Source: Thermoproteota archaeon (GTDB taxonomy: Archaea; Korarchaeota; JAOZGF01; JAOZFZ01). From it: a stretch of 64,000 nt of DNA. Below are positions 38,988-49,101 of the stretch, in pieces; position 1 is the stretch's first letter; the number at the start of each line of letters is the position of its first letter. Location: the NCBI GenBank assembly GCA_027492035.1, contig JAOZFT010000020.1:1-64000 (forward strand), in the 5' to 3' direction. The notes beneath the pieces were generated by a model. That model had not been told where the DNA came from and made no database searches. It worked only from the letters and a program-made list of their open reading frames with translations. Made by a program: the position numbers and the translations under genes.

Positions 38988-39830
38988 GTGATATTTCGTT
39001 TGAAGTACAGGTTACCAAGTGAAATTCCTCTAGAGGAATACCCTAAACCTGAGGAATTCATTGAAGAAGCTAAGAAATTAGTAGAAGACGCTGAAAAGGA
39101 CGGAATAATATTAAGAGTGATGGGGGGTTTAGGCATATATCTCCACCTTGAAGAGGAGGAACATAAAAAACTATGGAAGAAACTAGGTAGATTAGGAGGT
39201 AAATTCTTTACAGACATAGATTTAGCAAGTTATAGTAAATACAGAGAAAAAATGATTCAGTTCTTAACCAGAAAAGGATACGGTTTTGACCCCCGCCTCC
39301 TTTATAGATATGGGAAAAAGAGGCAAATATTTTTCGGAACCAAAATTCCAATGGTTGAAGTGTTTTTTGATAAACTTGAAATGTGTCACACTATTAGCTT
39401 CAAAGGTAGGTTAGAAGCTGAAAAAATAACTTTACCTTTAGCTGAACTGCTCCTTGAAAAACTTCAAATAGTTAAAATTAATGAAAAAGATATTAAAGAC
39501 ATAATCGTTCTTTTACGTTCCCATGAAATTGGAGAAACCGACAAAGAAACAGTAAACCTAAAAATTTTTGAACGTGCAGGCTTAAATAAGGATTGGGGTT
39601 TCTACTATACAGTAACTACCAACTTTGGGAAAATAAAGAGTTTACTTGACAAATACAGTGTATTATCCGATGAAGATAGGGGAGTGGTGAGTGAAAGAAT
39701 AGATAAAATCCTTAACTACTTGGAAAAACTGCCTAAAACTTCCGGTTGGAAATTCAGGGCAAAAATAGGGACAAAGAAGAAGTGGTATAACGACGTAGAG
39801 GATTGGACATACCTCAAGGCAGAGGAGTAG
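38988..39830 (+). CDS. Pol-beta-superfamily nucleotidyltransferase (AbiEii/DUF2204-like); probable TTG start at 39000
   Basis: RVMGGLGIYLH..R..TDIDL, third acidic residue in VEVF, C-terminal EKLQ..NEKDIKD. Confidence 0.75.
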   Translation: MIFRLKYRLPSEIPLEEYPKPEEFIEEAKKLVEDAEKDGIILRVMGGLGIYLHLEEEEHKKLWKKLGRLGGKFFTDIDLASYSKYREKMIQFLTRKGYGFDPRLLYRYGKKRQIFFGTKIPMVEVFFDKLEMCHTISFKGRLEAEKITLPLAELLLEKLQIVKINEKDIKDIIVLLRSHEIGETDKETVNLKIFERAGLNKDWGFYYTVTTNFGKIKSLLDKYSVLSDEDRGVVSERIDKILNYLEKLPKTSGWKFRAKIGTKKKWYNDVEDWTYLKAEE

Positions 39831-39837
39831 CTAAGGA

Positions 39838-40554
39838 ATGGGAAAAAAATTTAGTAAGGCTGTTGAGGAAAAAACAAAGAAGAAGGTAGGTGAAGAAAGA
39901 TTTGAAGACCTTGTTCAAATAATCTCCTTACTTGATGGTATAAGAGCTTTTAGGAGAACAGATCCTGAAAAAATAGAGCAGCATTTCAAAAACTTAAAAT
40001 CTAAGGAGTTATCTAAGGAATGGGGGAAAATAAAAAGAGATGTTGAAAAAATAGTTTACTTGCCTCAAAAAATCCCTGGAGCCATAAAATACATGCAAAC
40101 CACTGCTGTTTTGAAAATGGTGTATCCACTAATTGTAGGTTTACTGCTTGTTGCGATAGGTGCATCTTTAAGGCGCAGTTTCTTTAAAAGCGAAATTCTG
40201 AAGTTTTTAAGCAGCTTCCCTTTTGTAACTACAATGGTTATTTTATCAGTAGCTTTAGCTAATATTTACGTCTTTTTTGACTATCGTTTAAGGAAAAAAA
40301 TAGTTAGGTATGAGGAATCACATAAAGAAAAGTTTGCGATGGGGAGAAGAAGAATAAAAACAGTTATTCAGAAAACAATCAACATTTTAAACCGTGAACT
40401 TATGAAAACAGATTATCCACGGGAAAACTATAAAATAACGCTTTTCTTTTCAGATTATGAGGGGTTAGAAATTAAACCCAAAAAGAAAGGGCTATTCTCG
40501 AAAAGAAAGTATGAATTATTTGAAGGTATACCTTCAGTTGAGGCTCCGCAATGA
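39838..40554 (+). CDS. Two-TM membrane protein, unknown function
   Basis: Charged helical N-terminus, two TM helices, basic C-terminal domain; 7 nt after the NTase stop. Confidence 0.75.
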   Translation: MGKKFSKAVEEKTKKKVGEERFEDLVQIISLLDGIRAFRRTDPEKIEQHFKNLKSKELSKEWGKIKRDVEKIVYLPQKIPGAIKYMQTTAVLKMVYPLIVGLLLVAIGASLRRSFFKSEILKFLSSFPFVTTMVILSVALANIYVFFDYRLRKKIVRYEESHKEKFAMGRRRIKTVIQKTINILNRELMKTDYPRENYKITLFFSDYEGLEIKPKKKGLFSKRKYELFEGIPSVEAPQ

Positions 40555-41049
40555 AAAAAAGGGAAACAGAGACATTGACTTGTTTTTATTCCTTGAGAAA
40601 TGTGATTTGGATTTAATTTCTTTTCATGGCCTGAAAAGCCCAGCCCAATTCCTATCCATTCTGTAAATGTACCCAAAGCCCTTTTAACTGGCCAGCTTTA
40701 AATTCAGCTTTAAGAGATTCGTGATAAATTTCTCTTCATTTTCCTCAATAGGATCTTGTCCCCGTGGATCCAGCCTCACTGCACTCATTACAATCAGCTC
40801 CTTTTTAAAACTGTGCTTTCACGTAAGAAGGGTTTCTTATTTTTCTTAGGAAAGCTGTTTTCAAATATCCTATAAATGCTGCTTTTCGGGGAAACATAGG
40901 TAAAAGGATTGTTTAGTTTTCTCAGGCTTTAGCTGCTGCACTAAATTTCCCTCTACTTAACCTAGACATTATATGCCAAAAAGGATTTAAAAGGTGCATA
41001 CACAAGTTTTTTAAGTAAGAACTACTTAATATCTTCAGAAAATGTTTTC

Positions 41050-41433
41050 TTGGGTTTTTTGCTTAAATTGCTTGGAGGGAAATCTCCCTTGAAAATTGAA
41101 GAATATAGTTTCGGAGAAATTGTGGTTAATGGTAAAAAGTACACAAGTGACTTAATAATTCTCCCAAACAAAGTAGTTGAAAACTGGTGGAGGAAAGAGG
41201 GGCATAAACTGCGCATTGAAGACTTGAAAGAAGTCTTGGAGGAGAAAGGAATTGAAACATTAATTGTTGGAACAGGTTACTCAGGCTATATGGAAATCCT
41301 GCCTGAAACAAGAAATTACTTAGAAAAGAAGGGAGTAAAAGTTGTTTCAGCTAAAACAGGTGAAGCAGTTAAGTTTTTCAATAAGCTTTCAAAGAAAGGG
41401 AAAACAGCAGCAGCTTTACACTTGACTTGTTGA
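41050..41433 (+). CDS. Mth938-like (DUF498/AAMDC) protein
   Basis: IEEYSFGEIVVNGKKYTSDLII, WWRKEGH, VGTG, ALHLTC. The true start is probably later than listed. Confidence 0.9.
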   Translation: MGFLLKLLGGKSPLKIEEYSFGEIVVNGKKYTSDLIILPNKVVENWWRKEGHKLRIEDLKEVLEEKGIETLIVGTGYSGYMEILPETRNYLEKKGVKVVSAKTGEAVKFFNKLSKKGKTAAALHLTC

Positions 41434-41446
41434 AAGGCTTTAACAC

Positions 41447-42592
41447 ATGTATGAAGAAATAATTACTTACTTCTTCCTCCTTTGGATTTTGTTGACAGCT
41501 TTAGCTTATTTCCTACATAAAAAGGGTAAAAAAGTAGAGGTAGGTTTCTTCATTTTCATTTGGCGAATAAAGGAAGCCTCAGCCTTCAAGGTTCCGGAAA
41601 AAATAAAAAATAAATTATCGAAAGGAGCAACTGCTTTAATCCCTGTCGGGATAGGAGCGTCTATTTTCTCTTGTTACTTCATTTCCATGAACATAGTGAA
41701 TTTTTTCGTTTCAAGGAAGGAAATACCTGTAGCTGTACCTTTTCTAGGTGTCACTTTACCTTTTTTCCATGGTTTACTTGCTATAATCACAGCTTTAGTT
41801 ATTCATGAACTAATGCATGGCCTGCTTTGCAGCGTCGAAGGAATAAAGATGAAGTCTATAGGATTCATCCTTTTCTTTTTCTTCCCTGCAGCCTTTGTTG
41901 AAATAGATCCAGAAAGTTTCGAAAAAGCTGATCCGGTTAAAAAACTCAAAGTTCTTTCAGCCGGGTCTGCAGGAAACATAGCCTTAGCCCTAATCACTTT
42001 ATTGATTGGGTTCATTCTCTTCACAGGTTACTTATCAAACCCTGCAGGAGTTATTATAGTTTCTATAACAAAAGGAACTCCAGCCTCTGCAGCAGGAATA
42101 AAACCGTATTGCGTAATTAAAGAAATAAACGGGACAAAAATAAACACGATATATGATTTCTTCAATTACATGAACAACACAAAACCCCACCAAAAAATCA
42201 ACATTTCAACAGATAAAGGAAATTACGTTCTTGTTTTAGTTGCTCACCCTAAAAAATCAAGCAAAGGATTCATAGGAGTTATGGTTGACACCTTCCCTTA
42301 CTTTAACCCTAGAATACCGCTGTCAACGCATCTCTCACTAGAAATAAACAAACTCATTTTCTGGGTCTTCAACATAAACTTAGTAGGAACGCTGAATATG
42401 ATGCCTGCCCCCTTCCTTGACGGTGAAAAATTCTTTAACGAACTTTATAATCTTTTATCTGTAAAGTTGAAATCTGAAAGCGGAAAAGAAAAATTGAAAA
42501 TTGCTTTTTCAGTTTGGGGGGCATTCAACAAAGTAATTTTAGCTTTTATATTGGCTTTTGCAGTGGCTAACTTTGTTAAATTCCTAATTTGA
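41447..42592 (+). CDS. Site-2 protease (M50) with PDZ domain
   Basis: HELMHG, AAFVE, SAGSAGN, PDZ (TPASAAGIK), NMMPAPFLDG. Confidence 0.92.
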   Translation: MYEEIITYFFLLWILLTALAYFLHKKGKKVEVGFFIFIWRIKEASAFKVPEKIKNKLSKGATALIPVGIGASIFSCYFISMNIVNFFVSRKEIPVAVPFLGVTLPFFHGLLAIITALVIHELMHGLLCSVEGIKMKSIGFILFFFFPAAFVEIDPESFEKADPVKKLKVLSAGSAGNIALALITLLIGFILFTGYLSNPAGVIIVSITKGTPASAAGIKPYCVIKEINGTKINTIYDFFNYMNNTKPHQKINISTDKGNYVLVLVAHPKKSSKGFIGVMVDTFPYFNPRIPLSTHLSLEINKLIFWVFNINLVGTLNMMPAPFLDGEKFFNELYNLLSVKLKSESGKEKLKIAFSVWGAFNKVILAFILAFAVANFVKFLI

Positions 42593-42595
42593 GGC

Positions 42596-43144
42596 TTATG
42601 TTCCCTGTTTCATTGTTGAAACAATTTGGTTAGGTTTTAAAACAGATAAACCTGTTTTTTCACCAACTACTTCCACAAGCAAAACTTTATCAGGTTTCTT
42701 TAAATCCACCTTCCTCGGTATAAGTTCAGCCAGTGAAAGAATAATTTCTCTACTGTGTAAATTGGTTCTTCTCTTTTCAACTGTGACACGGAAAGTTTCG
42801 TTTTCAAGGAACTGAATAGATAACTTTTTCACTGCCTCCTTCATGGCTTCCAAATTTGTAGGAACAACTTTCTGAATAGGTATATACCTTAAAGTGAAAA
42901 CAAAAGGAAGCTTCCCTTCCTTAACTAAGTCACTTATTTTTTCTGCAGCGTTTAACGGGTTCAGTTTCGTTTTAACTTTCAATAACCCCCTAACACTAGC
43001 CCTTTTAACCTTAACTTCATCATCTCCTAACGCATGAAATACATTACGCACCTCTAGTGCTGCTTGAAACTCTTCCCCCCTTCTAGAAGTCACTAAAAAA
43101 TTGAAGTCACTTCTTACTTTTTTTATTTCATTCTCTCTTGACAT
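42596..43144 (-). CDS. Stand-alone THUMP-domain RNA-binding protein (Tan1-like)
   Basis: ETFRVTVEKR, KVDLKKPDKVLLVEVVG. Confidence 0.88.
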   Translation of the reverse strand: MSRENEIKKVRSDFNFLVTSRRGEEFQAALEVRNVFHALGDDEVKVKRASVRGLLKVKTKLNPLNAAEKISDLVKEGKLPFVFTLRYIPIQKVVPTNLEAMKEAVKKLSIQFLENETFRVTVEKRRTNLHSREIILSLAELIPRKVDLKKPDKVLLVEVVGEKTGLSVLKPNQIVSTMKQGT

Positions 43145-43362
43145 GTTTTTCCACTTCCAAACCTGTGCAAGTGCTTAAAAAGGATATTTAAACTTAAGTT
43201 GGCCCTATTATCTCCTCAATTAAATCTATTCCGGGAAAACTGGGGATTTCTTTTTGGAAATTTATGTTCCTTTATTTTTACTAAAACTTATTCTTTTAGA
43301 GAAACAATATTTAATTACTAAATTTTTCTTATTTTTTTAAAAGAAAAGGGGAGGATTTAGAG

Positions 43363-44742
43363 GTGGCTGAAATAAGTCCTGTAGTTTTAACTAAGGAAGA
43401 AATTTACTCCTTATTAAATATACTGGAAGATAGGGAAGTAACGGAGGCTAAAGCGAAGTCGTTAACTCCGTTGAAGGAAACAATTCTTTTTGAGGGAAAA
43501 CCTATGACAGCCATAGTGAAAGATGTAAATGGGAAGGAGTACATAGACATGACAGCTCAAGCTTGGACCCTTAACTTAGGTTATGTACATCCAGACATCC
43601 TTTACAGTGTGTATTTACAGATGCAGAAGCTTACACATGTAAGGTACGGCTTCCCCACAATCCCAAGAATAAAATTAATAAATAAATTGACTCAGTTAGC
43701 TCCTGGAAAACTGAAAAGGGTTTCTTTCAACAATGAAGGAGGAGGTTTAGCAGTTGAAGCCTCCATTAAACTTGCACTAGTGAATAAACCGGAAGGAAGA
43801 ACCTTCATAACTTTCTGGAGAGGGTACCACGGAAGTACTTTAACCACTATTTCAGCAAGCAATTATTTACCCTTTATAATAAGGTTTTCCGGCTTCGGTT
43901 TAGACAGATTTGTAAAGGTTCCTTTCCCTTACTGTTACAGGTGTCCCTTCAATTTCGAGTACCCTAACTGTAACTTGGAATGTTTGAATGTCCTTGAATC
44001 AACTTTAAAAAGGGGGGTGAATGAACCTGTAGCTGGAGTAATTATGGAACCTATACAGGGGCCTGGTGGACAAATACCTGCTCCAAAAGAATACATTAAG
44101 GGTGTAAGGCAAGTTTGTGATGAAAACAATGTTTACTTGATCTGGGATGAATCTCAAACCGCCTTTGGTAGAGTTGGCGAAATGTTCGCCGCTGACCTTT
44201 ACAGTACAACACCTGACATCATGGCTTTAACCAAAGCTTTAGGCGGAGGGTTCCCAATTGGTGCCTTGCTTGCTAGGGAGGATTTGAAAGGGTTTAGTGA
44301 AGGGGAGGAGCACACAACTTTCGGAAGCAACCCGGTAATGTTTGCAGCTGCTTTAGTGAATTTAGAAGTGATTCAAAGGCTTAATTTGGCGAAAAAGGCC
44401 AAGGAGACAGGTAAATACATAACTAAAAGACTTGAAGAAATGAAGGAAGATTATGAGTTAATTGGCGACGTAAGGGGGCCAGGGTTATTTATAGGGGTTG
44501 AGCTTGTGAAGGATAAGGAAACAAAGGAGCCTGCCACAGAAGAAGCTGACAATTTAGTTGCAGAGGCAATGAAGAGGGGAGTTATTTTTGATTTAAGCAT
44601 GCCTGAAATAACTTTTACAAACGAATTTATTCGAAACGTGATCAAATTTAAGCCTCCCTTGACAATAACACAGGAGGAAGTTGATAAGGCGCTGAATGTT
44701 TTTGAGGAAAGTTTAAAAGAAACTATTGAAGAGTATCTTTAA
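43363..44742 (+). CDS. Class III PLP-dependent aminotransferase
   Basis: GYHGST, IMEPIQG, WDESQTAFGRVG, PDIMALTKALGGG, HTTFGSNP. Confidence 0.93.
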   Translation: MAEISPVVLTKEEIYSLLNILEDREVTEAKAKSLTPLKETILFEGKPMTAIVKDVNGKEYIDMTAQAWTLNLGYVHPDILYSVYLQMQKLTHVRYGFPTIPRIKLINKLTQLAPGKLKRVSFNNEGGGLAVEASIKLALVNKPEGRTFITFWRGYHGSTLTTISASNYLPFIIRFSGFGLDRFVKVPFPYCYRCPFNFEYPNCNLECLNVLESTLKRGVNEPVAGVIMEPIQGPGGQIPAPKEYIKGVRQVCDENNVYLIWDESQTAFGRVGEMFAADLYSTTPDIMALTKALGGGFPIGALLAREDLKGFSEGEEHTTFGSNPVMFAAALVNLEVIQRLNLAKKAKETGKYITKRLEEMKEDYELIGDVRGPGLFIGVELVKDKETKEPATEEADNLVAEAMKRGVIFDLSMPEITFTNEFIRNVIKFKPPLTITQEEVDKALNVFEESLKETIEEYL

Positions 44743-44792
44743 GTAGTGACTCCATAAGTTAATGACCTTTTCTTAACAACTTTGGTGGGTGT

Positions 44793-45968
44793 TTGTTTAT
44801 GGAGAACTGGAGATTAATAGATTTAGGTTACGCTGAACCCTACATGGCTCAAACTTTTTATGAAGCCGTTGCAGAAGCTTTAAATAGAGGTTTTTCCATG
44901 AATACATTGATTCTTGTCCAGCCTTCCAGTCCGTACGTCTGTCTCGGCTACCACCAAGTGTTAGAGAAAGAAATAGATGTCAACTACTGTAAAGAAAGGG
45001 GGTTACCAATAATTAGGAGAACACAGGGTGGAGGAGCAACTTACCTTGACTCAAACCAAATCTTTTACCAAGTAATTGTTGATGAAAAAAGTGAAACTGT
45101 ACCTAAAACTGTTAATGATTTTTTCAAAAAGCTTCTTGAAGTGACAGTGTATGTTTATAGGAAACTTGGCTTAAATGCTGAGTTTAAACCAATAAACGAT
45201 GTCATGGTGCAAGGTAGGAAAATATCAGGTAATGGAGCAAGTAAGACAGGTAAAGCAATGATTCTTGTCGGAAACATAATTTTAGATCTCGACTACGGTT
45301 CAATGGCTAAAGTGTTAAAGGTTCCCAGTGAAAAATTCAGAGATAAAATGGCTAAAAGCATTAAGCAATGGGTTACTTCTTTAAAAAGGGAATTAGGGTA
45401 TGTTCCATCAGTTAAAGAAATAAAGAAACATATAGTGGAGGGTTACGAAAAAATCCTCAATATAAAACTTAACCCTTCAAAGCCTTCAGGGGAAGAACTT
45501 AAAATTTGGAGGGAAGAAATAAAGCCGAGACATATGTCGGAAGAATGGCTCCACTTACCTTTGTTTACTCACAAAAAAATCCTTAGTGACAGGGCTGTTA
45601 AAATAGCTGACGGAGTGAAGGTTGTAGAGGTTGATTACAAAGCAAAGAAACTGATAAGGGTCACAGCCGAAGTTATTGGTGATAAAATAATTGATTTAAT
45701 GATCACCGGTGACTTCTTCATGATGTCTCCTAATGGCGTTGAAAAACTTGAGAAATCCCTTAAGGGAGCATCGTTGAAGGAGGGGGAGTTGAGGAAAAAA
45801 ATAACAGAAACTTTCAGAAAAGAAACAATTCAAGCCCCGGGTTTAGAGCCTGAAGACCTGGTAAATGCAATAATGAAAATCAAAAAATATACAGTAAAGT
45901 ATCCACCTGACATTTACCCCTTTACACACCCGGAAAGAAGTAATTCCAATAACGAAAGAACACGTTAA
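44793..45968 (+). CDS. Lipoate-protein ligase with fused C-terminal accessory domain
   Basis: RRTQGGGATYLD, PINDV, RKISGNGA, C-terminal ITGDFF. Confidence 0.88.
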   Translation: MFMENWRLIDLGYAEPYMAQTFYEAVAEALNRGFSMNTLILVQPSSPYVCLGYHQVLEKEIDVNYCKERGLPIIRRTQGGGATYLDSNQIFYQVIVDEKSETVPKTVNDFFKKLLEVTVYVYRKLGLNAEFKPINDVMVQGRKISGNGASKTGKAMILVGNIILDLDYGSMAKVLKVPSEKFRDKMAKSIKQWVTSLKRELGYVPSVKEIKKHIVEGYEKILNIKLNPSKPSGEELKIWREEIKPRHMSEEWLHLPLFTHKKILSDRAVKIADGVKVVEVDYKAKKLIRVTAEVIGDKIIDLMITGDFFMMSPNGVEKLEKSLKGASLKEGELRKKITETFRKETIQAPGLEPEDLVNAIMKIKKYTVKYPPDIYPFTHPERSNSNNERTR

Positions 45969-46084
45969 TACGCAAATCCATCTATAAACTTTAACCTCAC
46001 CACTTTCATTTTTTAAAAAAGAAAGTATGGATATTATACTTAACGAACGACATAATTAACAAAAAGGAAAGGGTTTCTCTGATC

Positions 46085-47560
46085 ATGGCTACATTATTGG
46101 CTAGAATGGATGAAATAATCCTCAAAAAAAAGAATACAAGAAAATTTTTCGTAAGAAAATTAATAAGGAATGTTAAGAAGGCATTAGAAACTTGTAGCTT
46201 GACAGAGGGTTCAGTTTCTCAAGATCAAGGTAGGTTACTCATTAGTGTACCTGAAGAAAAGGTTTCTGAAACAGTGAACGTTTTGAAAAGAGTATTTGGC
46301 ATTGTTTCAATTTCTCAAGTTGAAACAGCAACGTTTTCAACATTTAATGAGATAATTTCAAAAGCTGAAGCTCTTTTCAAAAACAAAATAGAGGGCAAAA
46401 CATTTTCAGTTAAAGTTAAAAGAGTTGGGAAACATGACTTCACTTCATTGTCCCTCACAAAAAGTATAGGAGCTGCACTTAGTAAATATGGTAAGGTAAA
46501 TCTGAAAAAACCACAAGTTACAGTTTACGTTGAAGTTAGAGATAAAACCCTCCTCTTCTATGGTGAAAAAATAAAGGGGAGTGGAGGGTTACCCATCGGA
46601 ACCAATGGAAAAGTTGTGGCATTAATTTCAGGCGGGTTCGATTCAACTGTTGCAGCATGGTACCTGTTAAAAAGAGGGGCTGAAGTTTATTATGTATTCT
46701 GCAACCTGGGAGGAGAAATCCATAAAGAAAAAACGTTAAAGGTTGTGAATGTTTTAGTTAAAAACTGGAGTTATGGTTACAAACCGAAGATGTACATTTT
46801 CAATTTTCAACCCCTTTTAGAGGAAATAAGGAGAAACTGCCTCCAAAATTACTGGAACATAGTTTTAAAAAGGTTTATGTACAGGGCAGCTGAAAAAGTA
46901 GCCTTGGAAATAAAAGCTGAAGGGATAGTTACCGGTGAATCCTTGGGACAGGTTTCTTCCCAAACATTAACTAACCTTTATGTTTCATCAGAAGCGGTAA
47001 ACACCCAAATCTTGAGGCCCTTAATAGGGTTTGATAAAAAAGAAATAATTGAGAAAACACGTCTCATAGGTTCCTATGAGAAATCCAGTCAAGTTAAAGA
47101 ATATTGTAGAATGGTTCCTAGGCACCCTAAAACAAAAGCGAAACTTGAGCAGGTTAAAAAGGAGGAAGCGAAAATTAATAAAAAAATAATTCATGAAATA
47201 TTTTCTCAAGTAGAAGTTGTAGAGCTTAGAAAGGAAAAAGAAGGGGTTACTGAGGCTGAATACGGAGTCGAGGTCAGTGAAATACCTGAAAATGCAGTGT
47301 TAATCGATTTAAGGAATAAAGAGGAATTCAATCAATGGAGCTACCCTGGTTCATTAAATATTCCTCTGGAAAACTTCTTACAAGGGAGAGTTAACTTGGA
47401 GAAAAACAAAACTTACCTCCTTTTATGTAAAGAGGGGGTTGTAAGCAAGGAAATTGCTTTTAATCTTAAACTTGAAGGGTTCAAAGTTTATAGCTTAAGA
47501 GGAGGAATAGAGAAACTAAGGAATAAAGGGAAAAGACCAGTTTGTTCAAAAAAATTGTGA
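46085..47560 (+). CDS. thiI: tRNA 4-thiouridine synthase ThiI with C-terminal rhodanese domain
   Basis: THUMP domain, GGLPIG, PP-loop SGGFDS, TGESLGQVSSQT, RPLIG, EYC, rhodanese LLLCKEG. Confidence 0.93.
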   Translation: MATLLARMDEIILKKKNTRKFFVRKLIRNVKKALETCSLTEGSVSQDQGRLLISVPEEKVSETVNVLKRVFGIVSISQVETATFSTFNEIISKAEALFKNKIEGKTFSVKVKRVGKHDFTSLSLTKSIGAALSKYGKVNLKKPQVTVYVEVRDKTLLFYGEKIKGSGGLPIGTNGKVVALISGGFDSTVAAWYLLKRGAEVYYVFCNLGGEIHKEKTLKVVNVLVKNWSYGYKPKMYIFNFQPLLEEIRRNCLQNYWNIVLKRFMYRAAEKVALEIKAEGIVTGESLGQVSSQTLTNLYVSSEAVNTQILRPLIGFDKKEIIEKTRLIGSYEKSSQVKEYCRMVPRHPKTKAKLEQVKKEEAKINKKIIHEIFSQVEVVELRKEKEGVTEAEYGVEVSEIPENAVLIDLRNKEEFNQWSYPGSLNIPLENFLQGRVNLEKNKTYLLLCKEGVVSKEIAFNLKLEGFKVYSLRGGIEKLRNKGKRPVCSKKL

Positions 47561-47728
47561 GAATCGCCTTCCATCTTTCAAAATATTCTTAACAACCCTT
47601 TAATTTCTTAGCCATCCCTGAACCTTCCGATTCAATTAGTTTCTGTAAAGTGGGAAGGGAAGAATTTTTAACTGGGTTTATCCTTTTAAATGAAGAGAAA
47701 ATCTTTTTTTAACTTTTGGTGAAGAAAC

Positions 47729-49054
47729 ATGAGTAAACTGCAGGAGACGGGTTTGGAATCAGAACCTGAAGCCTTACTTGATGGAATAGATGAAGAGAAA
47801 TACATTGTTGCAACTTACTACATGGCCATGAAAAAGGACTGGAATGCTCATAAGGTTGCCAGGGCAGCAGCAATTGAGCAAAGTACAGGTACCTGGGTCC
47901 CTGTACCGGGGGAAACACCAGAAGTTAGGAGGGAGCATGTGGCAAAAGCAGTTGGGGTTTATGAAGTACCTAATTTTGAATTTGAAATCCCTGAAGAAAC
48001 TAAGGAAAGACACTACATTATCCAAATTGCTTATCCTTTCATTAACTTCGGTTTTCAGTTCCCTATGTTGTTCAGCACAATTGTAGGGAACCTTTCATTG
48101 GGAGGAAAAGTTAAGCTTTTGGATTTGAAGTTTCCAAAAGACTTCCTTAAAGAGTTTAAAGGCCCAAAGTTTGGTGTGAAAGGGGTTAGGGAAATACTTA
48201 AGGTGTCTGAGAGGCCTCTTGTCAATAACATGATAAAGCCTTGCACAGGTTTTCCGCCTGATGTAGGGGCTAAACTTGTTTATGCTGTAAGTAAAGGGGG
48301 AGTTGACCTTATAAAAGATGATGAACTCCTTGCAGACGCCCCATTTAATAAATTAGAGGAAAGAGTAACCAAGTACATGGAAGCTATCAACAAAGCAGAA
48401 GAAGAAACAGGAGAAAAAACAATCTACACAATAAACGTTACTGATAAACCTTCGAAAGTGTTAGAGAACGCTGAAAAAGTAATTGAGTTAGGGGCTAATG
48501 GGCTAATGATTAATTACTTAGCGGTGGGTTTGCCTATTTTAAGGGAGTTAACTGAAGACCCGTCTGTAAAAGTTCCAGTTCTAGGCCACATGGATGTATC
48601 AGGTGCAATGTATGAGTCTCATTTCTCAGGGGTTTCTTCAATTCTTTTACTTGGTAAATTACCTAGGTTGGCGGGTGCAGACATAATAGTTTACCCTGCC
48701 CCTTACGGAAAAGCCCCTATTTTGAAAGAGAAGTATATCCAAATAGCTAAAGCTCATTTGCTACCTTTTCAACACATTAAACAAACTTTTCCCATGCCTA
48801 GCGGAGGCTTAACTGTGACTCATTTACCGGAACTAATCAAGGATTTAGGTTACGAATTCATTGTAGGAGTAGGGGGGGCTATTCATGCCCATCCAATGGG
48901 GCCTGAAGCAGGGGCTAAAGCTTTCAGGCAAGCTTTAGATGTTTTAATGCAAGGTAAAAGCTTAGATGATGCATTAGATGAATATAAGGAATTAAGTGCA
49001 GCGGTTGAAGCTGCATTTAAAGCAATTAAGGAATGGAAAGAAATTGTTTCATAA
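47729..49054 (+). CDS. RuBisCO-like protein (form IV, RLP)
   Basis: EQSTGTW, FKGPKFG, MIKPCTG, DLIKDDE, GHMD, PSGG, GGAIHAHP; several carboxylase residues substituted. Confidence 0.92.
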   Translation: MSKLQETGLESEPEALLDGIDEEKYIVATYYMAMKKDWNAHKVARAAAIEQSTGTWVPVPGETPEVRREHVAKAVGVYEVPNFEFEIPEETKERHYIIQIAYPFINFGFQFPMLFSTIVGNLSLGGKVKLLDLKFPKDFLKEFKGPKFGVKGVREILKVSERPLVNNMIKPCTGFPPDVGAKLVYAVSKGGVDLIKDDELLADAPFNKLEERVTKYMEAINKAEEETGEKTIYTINVTDKPSKVLENAEKVIELGANGLMINYLAVGLPILRELTEDPSVKVPVLGHMDVSGAMYESHFSGVSSILLLGKLPRLAGADIIVYPAPYGKAPILKEKYIQIAKAHLLPFQHIKQTFPMPSGGLTVTHLPELIKDLGYEFIVGVGGAIHAHPMGPEAGAKAFRQALDVLMQGKSLDDALDEYKELSAAVEAAFKAIKEWKEIVS

Positions 49055-49101
49055 ACTTTTTTAAACTTTTAATGGAGAAAGAAGAAGGAGGTGTTGTTTA
49101 A

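Noticed and set aside
40623-40790. Short minus-strand ORF (MSAVRLDPRGQDPIEENEEKF..) with an SD-like sequence
   Set aside because: About 34 codons with no recognisable family; cannot be distinguished from chance or a remnant.
47729-49054. Bona fide CO2-fixing RuBisCO (form III)
   Set aside because: K177, R295 and H327 equivalents are substituted, which is the form IV pattern.
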